Part shown: piece by piece, positions 1 through 8,533 of the stretch
Numbering within the stretch: the stretch's first letter is position 1
Layout: each line of letters begins with the position of its first letter
Origin: a virus
Taxonomy: Duplodnaviria; Caudoviricetes
Length of the DNA: 64,000 nucleotides
IMG/VR virus record: IMGVR_UViG_3300012827_000001
Location: 1 to 64,000 of that record
Strand: one strand, 5' to 3'
Program-made: the position numbers and the translations under genes
Notes under the pieces: generated by a model
The model's database searches: none
What the model was told of the DNA's origin: nothing
Seen by the model: the letters and a program-made list of their open reading frames with translations, nothing else

Positions 1-22
1 ACGCTCTGACCTGCATGTTTAC

Positions 23-47
23 GTGCGCCCGAAAGGATTCGAACCTT
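23..47 (-). other. att core: 3' fragment of a tRNA (Arg-like; T-arm plus acceptor 3' strand)
   Basis: Reverse complement AAGGTTCGAATCCTTTCGGGCGCAC has the GGTTCGAATCC T-loop and a CGGGCGC-A acceptor strand; no 5' tRNA half; about 150 bp upstream of the integrase. Confidence 0.85.
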
Positions 48-197
48 CACTGCGGCCTCTGTGGCATGTGACACGAGTGGACGCAAGTGGTCATCTACCT
101 GCGTGAACGCGAAGGATCCGTCCTTCGGTTAGGACGCGAGAGGACACGTCTGTACCCTCCTAGTGACACGGTAGTGACACGACGAGAGGACCCAGCG

Positions 198-1307
198 GTG
201 GCGGGCAGACGCGACTTCGGGCAGGTACGGACCCTCCCCTCGGGCAGGTATCAGGCCCGCTACAGGGCACCCGGGACGGACCGGTGGGTCAACGCCCCCG
301 ACACGTTCGAGACGAAGGACCTGGCATCAACCTGGCTGTCACGCCAGCGTGTGGCCATAGCCGATCGCAGACTCAACCCACAGGCGTCCGTGGAGACGTT
401 CGGGGAGTACGCGCAGGCTTGGCTTGATGGGCGAGACTTGAAGGAGTCCACAAGGACGCTGTACCAGCGACAGTTGACGCGTGACCTGTTGCCCGCGTGG
501 GGGGACGTGACCTTGGCACAGATCACGCCGGCGAAGGTGCGCGCGTGGCAGTCGAAGTTGTTGCCGGACCGCCCAACGCAGAGAGCGCACGTGTACGCTC
601 TACTACGCACGATCATGAACACCGCCGTCCAGGATGACTTGATCCAGGCGAACCCGTGCAGGGTGCGTGGTGCTGGTTCCACGAAGCGTGCGCGCAAGAT
701 CGTGCCCGCGACACTGGAGGAGCTGGATCTTCTGGTGGCACACACCCCGGAGCGTTATCGGGTGATGGTGTTGCTGGGCGCGTGGTGCCAGTTGCGTTTC
801 GGTGAAGCGTCAGCGTTGCAGCGTGGTGATGTGCTGGTTGCCGAGCGGTGCGTTGTCCAGGTGCGTCGTGGCGTCACGTGGATGACGGGCACGCCGTTGG
901 TGGACACGCCGAAGTCGGAGGCGGGTGTGCGTGACGTGGTGGCACCTCCGCATTTGACACCCTTGCTGAAGGCACACCTTGGCAGCGACCTCTTGGGGGT
1001 TGGGGCGCAGGGGTGGCTGTTCCCGTCGGAGCGGGATCCGAAGAACCCGGTGTCCCCGCATGAGTTCCGCCCGATCTTCGACCAGGCAAAGGAAAAGGCG
1101 GGGCGGCGTGACCTGACGTTCCACCAGCTCCGGCACACGGGCGCTGTGCTTGCTGCACTGTCGGGCGCCACAGTGAAAGAACTGATGGGGCGTCTGGGTC
1201 ACACCACCCCGGCGATGTCGTTGCACTACCAGCATGTTGCGGCTGGTCGTGATCGCGTTGTCGCTGATGCGTTGTCTCGTCTTGCTACAGGTGTTGGATC
1301 GGAGTGA
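198..1307 (+). CDS. int: Tyrosine integrase
   Basis: N-terminal arm-binding GQVRTLPSGRYQARY; catalytic motifs QLRFGEA, HQLRH, LGH and Y in SLHYQH; GAGAGGA RBS before GTG198 (ORF track starts at 87). Confidence 0.95.
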   Translation: MAGRRDFGQVRTLPSGRYQARYRAPGTDRWVNAPDTFETKDLASTWLSRQRVAIADRRLNPQASVETFGEYAQAWLDGRDLKESTRTLYQRQLTRDLLPAWGDVTLAQITPAKVRAWQSKLLPDRPTQRAHVYALLRTIMNTAVQDDLIQANPCRVRGAGSTKRARKIVPATLEELDLLVAHTPERYRVMVLLGAWCQLRFGEASALQRGDVLVAERCVVQVRRGVTWMTGTPLVDTPKSEAGVRDVVAPPHLTPLLKAHLGSDLLGVGAQGWLFPSERDPKNPVSPHEFRPIFDQAKEKAGRRDLTFHQLRHTGAVLAALSGATVKELMGRLGHTTPAMSLHYQHVAAGRDRVVADALSRLATGVGSE

Positions 1308-1485
1308 AGAGCCTCTCGACGTCTTCACGCTTGACCCTCACCCAGCGCTCTCCGACGCGGTAGGCGGGGAGTTTGCCTTCGGTGACGTACCGCCGCACGC
1401 TTCGGGTTGTGATCCGGAGCAGTGCGGCGGTTTCGTTGATGGTGAGGAACTCATGGTTGTCGGCCTTGGCGTGATTTTTGTTCAT
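1285..1485 (-). CDS. xis: Excisionase / HTH_17-type DNA-binding protein
   Basis: FLTINETAALLRITTRSVRRYVTEGKLPAYRVG motif; convergent with int. Confidence 0.85.
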   Translation of the reverse strand: MNKNHAKADNHEFLTINETAALLRITTRSVRRYVTEGKLPAYRVGERWVRVKREDVERLFTPIQHL

Positions 1486-1754
1486 GCCTCATCCTCGCTA
1501 TCGAGCTCCAGTGCGCGGGAGGCAACCCACGCGAAGCTCTTGTCCTCGGCCACCACCAGGTTGTCCTGTCGTCTGTCGATGGCGAGCCACCAGGTCCTCA
1601 GGCCCCCGGATAGGTCCTTTCGGACCCACACGTTTCCGGAGGGGGTCTGGTAGCCGCCGCCATCGGCAGGGTGCAACCCGTTCCGGCCGACTCGCCTCCT
1701 CGGCGATTCCTGCGCTAGCACGTTTCGCGTCACGCTTTCGGGGTTCACTTCCAC
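1482..1754 (-). CDS. Hypothetical protein (start uncertain)
   Basis: Fills the gap in the leftward operon; ATGA overlap with xis. Confidence 0.5.
   Translation of the reverse strand: MEVNPESVTRNVLAQESPRRRVGRNGLHPADGGGYQTPSGNVWVRKDLSGGLRTWWLAIDRRQDNLVVAEDKSFAWVASRALELDSEDEA
1705..1726. promoter_or_regulatory. Dispersed palindrome copy (GATTCCTGC GCTA GCACGTTTC)
   Basis: Matches the 22-bp motif found elsewhere in the window. Confidence 0.7.
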
Positions 1755-1987
1755 CCTCTCTCTCGGGCCAGGTTGGTCACAGCCTCCACGATAGGGGCTG
1801 TGTTGATGTCAGGCGCCACCTCGGCGACGGCCTCTTCGATCTGCTGCCTCAGGTCCTTGGGTCGCTTCAGCGAGGAGGCCCGCCGGAGAACCGGGATGGC
1901 AACTTCTTCCATCTCCACGTCTCCGGCGGGCCTCTTGCTGCCGACCTGGACCAGCCAGGACTCAGCCACTTCGCTCCTCTCGGTCAT
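1745..1987 (-). CDS. Hypothetical protein
   Basis: GGAAAAGG RBS before ATG1987 (MTERSEV); C-terminal part of track ORF 1745..2440. Confidence 0.6.
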   Translation of the reverse strand: MTERSEVAESWLVQVGSKRPAGDVEMEEVAIPVLRRASSLKRPKDLRQQIEEAVAEVAPDINTAPIVEAVTNLARERGWK

Positions 1988-2465
1988 GTGCCTTTTCCAG
2001 TGCTTCCTGGCGCGCTTTTGCGAGTTCACCGGCGAGCCATCGGTCGAACTGGGCCTTGATGCCCGGTCGCAGGCCCGGGATTGGCCAGTCGATGTCGCGG
2101 AGAAGTTTCTCCATCTCTGGATCTGGCGTCCGCTTGGCGTAGGAAGCGCATGCCGCCCCGAAGGCCATGTTGTTGCGCACCTGCTCTGTGGTTGGGGTGT
2201 AGCCGGTCCCGATTCCAGGCGCCTTGAGCGCCTCAGCCACCGCTTGGGCCTTGTCGAGCCGCCGTAGCATCGCATTGATGAGGATGGGACCGTCGTCGTA
2301 GCACTCCAAGAAGAAGGGGTGCTTGACGATGGTGCGCCATGCTGTGATTCGCTCGTCCTCGGGCGAGTTACGGGAGCAGCGAGGGTTGCCTTCGCAGGTG
2401 CAGTCGTACCCGCCACCCCAGATGGGCGGGCACTTCCCACAGCACTGGACCGGTCGGCCAGTCAT
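1962..2465 (-). CDS. Hypothetical protein with Cys-rich N-terminus
   Basis: GAGGAG RBS; CCGKC...CTCEGNPRC; coupled to the upstream stop. Confidence 0.65.
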   Translation of the reverse strand: MTGRPVQCCGKCPPIWGGGYDCTCEGNPRCSRNSPEDERITAWRTIVKHPFFLECYDDGPILINAMLRRLDKAQAVAEALKAPGIGTGYTPTTEQVRNNMAFGAACASYAKRTPDPEMEKLLRDIDWPIPGLRPGIKAQFDRWLAGELAKARQEALEKAHDREERSG

Positions 2466-2746
2466 GACTGCGCTCCTCGTGCGGCCTGCCACCCGGCGAC
2501 AAAGCCGCTCACGCGGGCGCCCCGCAGGCTGGGCTCGAAGCCATTTTCCGCAAGTTTGTCGGCATAGGCGATGGCCGCGAGCCGACTGTCTTCGTTGTCC
2601 TTGGACTTCTGCAGCCTCAGCGTCAGTGCGTCCGTGCGAGCGTCCCAGCCCGCGTCGAAGCCGCGCGAGTACCCGCGCTGCTCTGCCAATTCCTGCAGGC
2701 GCTTCATGGCGGCGGTGAGGTCATCGGGGTCCAGGTCGTCAGTCAC
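2462..2746 (-). CDS. Hypothetical protein
   Basis: GGGAGG RBS; typical codon usage. Confidence 0.65.
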   Translation of the reverse strand: MTDDLDPDDLTAAMKRLQELAEQRGYSRGFDAGWDARTDALTLRLQKSKDNEDSRLAAIAYADKLAENGFEPSLRGARVSGFVAGWQAARGAQS

Positions 2747-2751
2747 AATCT

Positions 2752-2988
2752 CTACCTCCCTTCAAGAGCGATGTAGTAGTCCTTGCGCGACTCCGTGACG
2801 CCGCAGGTGATGCACGCGGAGTACATTGTTGACCCCGAGATTGAGCCGTTAGGGCCGGGTCTGCCGTGCGCACGGAAGAAGTGCAAACGGCCGACCTGCC
2901 CGCAGCAGGAGGTGACCCGCTTGATGTGTTCCTCCTGCTCGGCAATGGCGGTCTCGACCAGGGTGTGCTCCTCTCGGTCGTCAGACAT
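2752..2988 (-). CDS. Small CxxC protein
   Basis: GGAGG RBS; CCG...CITC. Confidence 0.6.
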   Translation of the reverse strand: MSDDREEHTLVETAIAEQEEHIKRVTSCCGQVGRLHFFRAHGRPGPNGSISGSTMYSACITCGVTESRKDYYIALEGR

Positions 2989-3202
2989 CTCGTACCTCCT
3001 TCCATTCGGTGGCCGTGACCTGACGGGTAACGACCACTGCGTCGGGTGCGGGCTTGCCCCGCTCCCGGTCCCCTGCGCGAAGCCGTTCCGCGTGCCCGAG
3101 TGCACCAGCCCTGGTGGGGTGTTCGGCGAGCATGCGTTCGCCGGAGTAGGGAAAGGTGAAGCGCACAGCCCACTCGGTGTAGACCTCGAAGCGATCAGAC
3201 AT
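2981..3202 (-). CDS. Hypothetical protein, paralogous to the C-terminus of 3195..4031
   Basis: EWAVRF...AVVVTRQVTATEWKEVRDV versus QWGVRF...AVVVSREVTEWKEVHDV. Confidence 0.7.
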   Translation of the reverse strand: MSDRFEVYTEWAVRFTFPYSGERMLAEHPTRAGALGHAERLRAGDRERGKPAPDAVVVTRQVTATEWKEVRDV

Positions 3203-3225
3203 CGTGGACCTCCTTCCATTCGGTG
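2981..3225. repeat. 31-bp near-identical gene-junction repeat (2981-3011 and 3195-3225)
   Basis: TCAGACATC-N4-ACCTCCTTCCATTCGGTG, 27/31 identical. Confidence 0.9.
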
Positions 3226-4031
3226 ACCTCACGGGAGACGACTACTGCATTGCTGCGCACGACCCCGTCGTAGATTGTTGGATGCCCCGCGTTGATGCTG
3301 TCAGCGAACTCCTCGGCGCCGTCGGCATCGTGTGAGGTTGCGTAACCTACGCCGGGCCTGCCGAGACGGGACACGTCGAAACGCACACCCCACTGGGTCG
3401 TCGTCTCGGGCTGACGGGAGGCGAACCACGCCAGGGCGGCGTCGGTGAGCCTGGCGCCGACGCCGATGAGGTCGCCGTCGCCGATCGTGCCGTTCTGCCG
3501 CGCGGTGTCGAGCACGTCGTAGAGCACGTCGTCCAGCTCGCTCGCCAGAGACTCCCGGTCCTCGGCGGACGGGGCAGGGTCGCCCGTCCGCTCGGCCTCA
3601 GCGCGAGCGCGGAGCCATGCCTCGGCGATCGGATCGTCGTAGAGCGTGTCGTCGAGGTCCAGGAGCACGTCGTGGATGCGGTCGATGGTGCCGCCGCGCT
3701 TCTGTGCGGTCTGCAGGTCTGTGTCTGTCTCGTCGTACTGCTCGTGATCCTCGTAGGCGAGTGCAGCGATCCGCGCCAGGGCCATCCGGTAGCCAGGGCC
3801 GTCCTTGTCCTCCCGGTCCAGCGCGTCCACGTCGTCGGGGCGGTACAGGACCGTCACGGGTCCGTGATGCATGACGTACTCGGCGGTCACCCACCCGCTA
3901 CGCCCCGCCACCAGGTACTCGCGCTGCTCGTCGTCACCGTCCACCACTGCGACTCGACCGTAGCGATCCGACACGACTGCGCCTACCGGCAGGGCGTTCA
4001 ACTCTTCGAGGGTTCGGATCTGCTCGCTCAT
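3195..4031 (-). CDS. Multi-module hypothetical phage protein
   Basis: LEELNALPVGAVV...GPVTVLYRP module common in actinophages; GGAGG RBS. Confidence 0.7.
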   Translation of the reverse strand: MSEQIRTLEELNALPVGAVVSDRYGRVAVVDGDDEQREYLVAGRSGWVTAEYVMHHGPVTVLYRPDDVDALDREDKDGPGYRMALARIAALAYEDHEQYDETDTDLQTAQKRGGTIDRIHDVLLDLDDTLYDDPIAEAWLRARAEAERTGDPAPSAEDRESLASELDDVLYDVLDTARQNGTIGDGDLIGVGARLTDAALAWFASRQPETTTQWGVRFDVSRLGRPGVGYATSHDADGAEEFADSINAGHPTIYDGVVRSNAVVVSREVTEWKEVHDV

Positions 4032-4423
4032 CGCCGGAACACCTCCCCGACGGGGGTGACCTCGGCGAGTTGCCACGCGCTGACGCGGTGGCGACCCACC
4101 CAGGCGCCGTCGGGAAAGATCCCCATAGGGTCGCCTTCGCCGTCGAGGATGGCGGGCACGGGCGGCTCCTGCGCAACGCTGCCGACCTCGTGCACGAGGA
4201 TCACGGTCCCCGGCTTGGTCGGCAGGGCGGGGGTCGGACGCTCGGCGGAGACGAACTTCGCGACGGGTCCCGGCCCCCGGTCATCGGAGCGCAGCAACCA
4301 GCCCGCCACGGACAGCGCATTGTCGCTGTCGCCCGCGTAGCACGGACCGGTGTACTCATGACCGTGGTGGCGCCAGGTGACGATGTCACCGGGGCGGACG
4401 TCGGCCAGGTTGGTAATCTTCAT
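4028..4423 (-). CDS. Hypothetical protein
   Basis: Translationally coupled at both ends. Confidence 0.7.
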   Translation of the reverse strand: MKITNLADVRPGDIVTWRHHGHEYTGPCYAGDSDNALSVAGWLLRSDDRGPGPVAKFVSAERPTPALPTKPGTVILVHEVGSVAQEPPVPAILDGEGDPMGIFPDGAWVGRHRVSAWQLAEVTPVGEVFRR

Positions 4424-5448
4424 GCTTCCTCCATCTCGTTGAGAAGTTCATTGGCGCGGACCACGCCATCGGATGTGAGCTGCCGGCCGCGGGCACATAC
4501 CTGCACCAGCCCCTTCTGAATGAGGAGCTTCTCGGTGTGTCGAGGCGGGGTTGCCTCGTTGAGCGCCTGGGCGATGGTCTTCTCGCCTGCGGTGAAGTTC
4601 GGCGCGTAGAAGAGCTGCATCAGGTAGTCCTGGGCGACCCTGTCTAGCCCGTCGGGGGTCAAGCCGGACCAGGTGAACATGTCGTCCATCGGGAAGTCGC
4701 TGACCCCGTCCCAGTCCTGCCCCGACCCGATGACGGATGTGAGCAGGACCCGGGCGAGCTGGGTGATCTGCCGCGGGTTGCGGTTCGCGGCCTCGACGAT
4801 GGCTTCGCGGTTCCACTCCCCAGGGGAGTGCAGGCCCACCTCGGAGAAGATCCGCCGCGCGTTGAGGTCGAAGATCTTGCCCGCCTCCTCGGCTGTGTAG
4901 GACTCCAGGACGGGCTTGACGGTGAAGCGGGACAGGATCGCCTCGGGGAGCTTCTGTGCGTCGGTCGACGCCGCGATGACAGTGATGCTCGGGACTGCGG
5001 TCACTCCCTGCGAGGTGACGATGACGCCGTCCTGCAGGAATGGGAGCAGCCACTCGGCCTTCGCCTTCCCGCCAGCGACCGCGTTGTGGATCTCGTCCCA
5101 GAAGAGGATGTCGCCGTCCTGCATCCCGTTGAGGATGCGGACCGCGTCGGAGACCTCGACGACGCCCTGGACCTCCACGAGGCCGGCGTCCATCTCCTGG
5201 GCGATCAGCCGGGCCAGCGCGGACTTGCCGATGCCGGCCTGGCCGGAGGCGATCAGGACGTGGTCCATGCGCTTGCCGCGGGCCTTCGCGGTCACCGCGG
5301 ACGCTCGCAGGAACGCCTTCGCCTCGGCCTGCCCGACGTAGTCGCTCCAGGTGCGCGGGTAGTCGGTGCCGTCGAACAGCGCCTCGCCTCGCTTCGGGGT
5401 TGCTACCGCAGCCTGGCGCTTGCGGATCATGTCTCGGGTCGTGCTCAT
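4420..5448 (-). CDS. ruvB: RuvB-like AAA+ ATPase (Holliday junction branch-migration motor family)
   Basis: PRTWSDYVGQ, DHVLI.SG..GIGKS (Walker A), ILFWDEIH (Walker B), SRF arginine finger, NPR sensor II, C-terminal winged helix EKLLIQKGLV...RGR. Confidence 0.85.
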   Translation of the reverse strand: MSTTRDMIRKRQAAVATPKRGEALFDGTDYPRTWSDYVGQAEAKAFLRASAVTAKARGKRMDHVLIASGQAGIGKSALARLIAQEMDAGLVEVQGVVEVSDAVRILNGMQDGDILFWDEIHNAVAGGKAKAEWLLPFLQDGVIVTSQGVTAVPSITVIAASTDAQKLPEAILSRFTVKPVLESYTAEEAGKIFDLNARRIFSEVGLHSPGEWNREAIVEAANRNPRQITQLARVLLTSVIGSGQDWDGVSDFPMDDMFTWSGLTPDGLDRVAQDYLMQLFYAPNFTAGEKTIAQALNEATPPRHTEKLLIQKGLVQVCARGRQLTSDGVVRANELLNEMEEA

Positions 5449-6419
5449 GTGTCTCCCTTCAGGAGGTTGCCAGCGAGTGCGGCGAGGGACGCCTGGGCGA
5501 CGTCGGCCGCCGCGCTGACGGTGATGGTCTGGTCGTTGAGGAGGTCTGCGTAGTCCTGGGCTCGGCCCGTGAGCTCGTCGTAGCGGGCCCGGAGTTGGGA
5601 GTAGACGAGGGGGCTGACGTTCTTCTTGCGCGCCTCCTGCATCTTCGTGACGAGGTCGGCCATGTCGGTGGCGTGCTCGTCGGAGAACGCCTCCAGGAGT
5701 CGCTCGCGCTGGTTGGCGAGGTCGACGAGCGGGATGAGGTCGACGCGGCAGCCTTCGAGCACGCTGATCGCGTCGGCGAGGCCGTGCAGCTCTTCTGCGT
5801 GTGCCACGGGCACGAAGTTGACGCTCGGCTTGAGCTGGATCGCCTGGAGGTGCTTGATGTAGTCGAGCAGGAGGGTGCGGACCTTCACGCCATCCAGGGA
5901 TGAGCGGAACCGGTCGAACTTCGTCTTGATCTGTCCCACCATGTGGATGACACGCTCACGCTCGATGGGGACGAGCTTTGGGTCGACGACGAGCTGGAGC
6001 CGGGCGCTGCTCTCGTCCACCCGGTCGCCGACGCGGGCGGCGCGGAACAGACGGATCTCGCCCAGCCGCTCCCACTCGTCGAGGGTGTCGTGGACGTCGT
6101 CCCGCTTGTGTCGCATGATGACGCGGAGTTCAACCTCCGCGTTCCGGGACTTCGCCTCTTCGAGGCGTGCAACAGCGGTCACTCCCTGCCCGAGGGGCCA
6201 GGAGGACCGCTCGTGTGCACGCGTTGCCTTCTTGAACGCGTCGATGGAGCGCGACGGCTGGGGGATGCGCTTGACGTCGAGGCCGTTCTTCTGGAACGCC
6301 TCCACGAGCGCGTCACGGTCGTGGGCCCCGTCGACCCCTGTTGTGAGGGCCAGGTAGCCCAGCAGCGCGTCTTCGGGCAGCCGCCCGGATGAGTCCAGGT
6401 ATGTACGCAGTTCGCTCAC
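5445..6419 (-). CDS. Conserved phage hypothetical protein (DUF6744-like), coiled-coil C-terminus
   Basis: LLGYLA...PSRSIDAFKKAT pattern recalled for this family; lies beside the AAA/VWA genes. Confidence 0.5.
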   Translation of the reverse strand: MSELRTYLDSSGRLPEDALLGYLALTTGVDGAHDRDALVEAFQKNGLDVKRIPQPSRSIDAFKKATRAHERSSWPLGQGVTAVARLEEAKSRNAEVELRVIMRHKRDDVHDTLDEWERLGEIRLFRAARVGDRVDESSARLQLVVDPKLVPIERERVIHMVGQIKTKFDRFRSSLDGVKVRTLLLDYIKHLQAIQLKPSVNFVPVAHAEELHGLADAISVLEGCRVDLIPLVDLANQRERLLEAFSDEHATDMADLVTKMQEARKKNVSPLVYSQLRARYDELTGRAQDYADLLNDQTITVSAAADVAQASLAALAGNLLKGDT

Positions 6420-6442
6420 TGTCGCCTCCTTTCGGGCGCAAC

Positions 6443-6476
6443 AAAAAGACCCCCCGGGCTCTCCGGGGGGTCTTTC
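6443..6476. terminator. Intrinsic terminator (possibly bidirectional)
   Basis: AAAGACCCCCCGG/CCGGGGGGTCTTT 13-bp stem with flanking A/T runs. Confidence 0.8.
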
Positions 6477-6487
6477 AGGGGGTGGGG

Positions 6488-6973
6488 TCAGTCGACGGGG
6501 CGCAACCAGGGGCTGTCGGCCTCAGTCGCCCACGTCGAGGCGTCCACCTGACCGGTCACGGCCACCTGAATGGCCCAGGCGATGATGTCCACCAGGTGGA
6601 CCGGGGTGAGGTCGCCACCTCGACCAGACGTGCGCACCACATCGAACGGGACCCGGTCCAGGGCCTCGATCGCAGCCTGCACCCGCTGCCGCGCTGGCTG
6701 GTTGAACTGGGCGAAGTACCCAGCGCTCTCCAGGGCGTCGTACACATCGGGCAGGGTGCTGATGACTGCCCGCTCACGGTGGAGTGCCCGCGGGGTCACA
6801 TCCAGGCCAGTACCGGGCTTCAGGGCCTCCGGGGCGTGCGCGAACAGGGACGTGAGGAGCGCGTCCGCGTTCGCGTTGACGATGTCCACGTCCAGCTCGG
6901 ACAGGGGCCGGGAGCCGATGGCCCGTAGGTTGCGGGCGAAGTCCTCCGCGCGCTGGGCGAGCTCCTCGTACAC
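6488..6973 (-). CDS. Hypothetical protein
   Basis: GGAGG RBS before GTG6973. Confidence 0.65.
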   Translation of the reverse strand: MYEELAQRAEDFARNLRAIGSRPLSELDVDIVNANADALLTSLFAHAPEALKPGTGLDVTPRALHRERAVISTLPDVYDALESAGYFAQFNQPARQRVQAAIEALDRVPFDVVRTSGRGGDLTPVHLVDIIAWAIQVAVTGQVDASTWATEADSPWLRPVD

Positions 6974-7072
6974 GATGCCTCCGACTGCTGTAGTCAACTA
7001 GGTCTCCTTTGCCAGTAGAACGTTAGGGGGTGGGTCAGGCGTGCTGCATGTCGGTCAGGTAACCAACTCGGG

Positions 7073-8533
7073 TCATGCCTGCCGCATGATGTCCGCCGCC
7101 TGGGTGACGTCCGTGAGGTCCGCCACCGTGCGGACGTTGTCCGCGATCTGCTGCAGCGAGGCCGGTCGTCCGCCGTATCCCGATGACACGTAGATGCCGT
7201 AGCACCGCACGGCCAGCCGGTTGCGGGTCTCCATCCACTCGTCCTGGAACGAGATGGCGGGGGCCTCTCCGTCTGTGACGAACACAATGTCCGGCTTGTG
7301 GAGAGTTGACGCCTTCACGAGGTCCAGTGCGCGACGCAGGGGCTTCTCGAACGACGTGCCGCCGTTGAGGAATCCCTCCGCCATGTCGAGGACCTGCTCG
7401 CGGATGACCCGCCCGCCGGGGAAGGAGAACTCCCTCAGCGGCTCGTAGTTCGAGCCGAAGCCGATGTAGTGGAAGTCCCGCTTCTGCCGGGTGGCCTGGT
7501 CCAGGAGCGCCAGCGCTAGGCCCTTCGCCCACATCTCGCCGGCCCCGCCCATCGAGCCGGACTCGTCTGCCACGACGATGATCGGGCCCTTGCCGTCACG
7601 CTCACGACCGCGGAGCTTCTTGATGAGCAGCCCACGCTCGACATACCGACGCCAGAAGTCCTTCCTCGTCTCGTCCGATGCGAGCGAAATCATCTCCTGG
7701 GTCGTCAGCCGCGTGAGGTCGTCGCCGAGTTCGACGCCAACCACCTCGTCTGAACCGTCCACGCTGCGCCGCCGGTACTCCGCCGACGCGAGCTGCTTGA
7801 ACGCTCCGATGAGCTGGGCGAACTTCTTGAGCTTGGACCCAGACAGCCGCTTCGCGAGCGCCGCCCGGTCCTTGAAGTTCATGCGCCGCAGGTCGCCGGG
7901 CTCCACCCCGTATGAGGACGCAGTCTCGCTCTCCTCCTCTGCCTGCTTGGTGGCGTCGTTGATGGCCTTGCGCATCTGGCTGCGCGCAGCCGCCGATGCC
8001 TGCTGCGACTGCTGCTGGAGGTCCTCCAGTGCCTGCTGTGCCTGTTGTGCGGCCTGGTCGGCTGCGTCCTGGTCTCCACCGTTCGCAGCGTCTTGCTGTG
8101 CCTGCCGCGCGTCTTCCACGGCCTGCTGTGCGGCGTCGGCTTGCTCCTTGAGGTCCGCGGCCTTGCTGAGTGCGTTCTCGACAGCCCCCTCCAGGGCCAT
8201 GAAGCCCGCGGCGGAGGCGTAGTTGTCACCGACGGTGTACTCGCGCAGCCGCTCCAGCTCGGGGAGTCTTGCGACATCCTCGATGACCTGCCGGTTCGGG
8301 ATGTGCGTCGCCTTCATGTGCTGCGGGTCCCGGAATGTGGGGTCCCCCTTGGCCAGCAGGTTGAAGGCGTCCTGGGTGAAGTCCTCCGCGTAGTCGTAGT
8401 TCTGCTGGAGCTTCTTGACGATGTCGTCGAGCGTGGACGACTCCTCACGGACCTCGTCCCACATGGCCTTGTCGAACCGGTCATGTGGGACGGCGTCCGT
8501 GTGCTCCTGGTCGGGGTCGAGGAAGTCGAACAT
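7073..8533 (-). CDS. VWA/MIDAS-domain protein (ViaA/YieM-like)
   Basis: VVADESGSMGG (DxSxS), GGTSF, VFVTDG; Gln/Ala-rich linker. Confidence 0.88.
   Translation of the reverse strand: MFDFLDPDQEHTDAVPHDRFDKAMWDEVREESSTLDDIVKKLQQNYDYAEDFTQDAFNLLAKGDPTFRDPQHMKATHIPNRQVIEDVARLPELERLREYTVGDNYASAAGFMALEGAVENALSKAADLKEQADAAQQAVEDARQAQQDAANGGDQDAADQAAQQAQQALEDLQQQSQQASAAARSQMRKAINDATKQAEEESETASSYGVEPGDLRRMNFKDRAALAKRLSGSKLKKFAQLIGAFKQLASAEYRRRSVDGSDEVVGVELGDDLTRLTTQEMISLASDETRKDFWRRYVERGLLIKKLRGRERDGKGPIIVVADESGSMGGAGEMWAKGLALALLDQATRQKRDFHYIGFGSNYEPLREFSFPGGRVIREQVLDMAEGFLNGGTSFEKPLRRALDLVKASTLHKPDIVFVTDGEAPAISFQDEWMETRNRLAVRCYGIYVSSGYGGRPASLQQIADNVRTVADLTDVTQAADIMRQA

Noticed and set aside
23-47. 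Intact tRNA gene
   Set aside because: Only the T-arm and acceptor 3' strand are present; no D-arm or anticodon arm follows
87-197. N-terminal extension of the integrase from GTG87
   Set aside because: RBS and the conserved arm-binding motif point to GTG198
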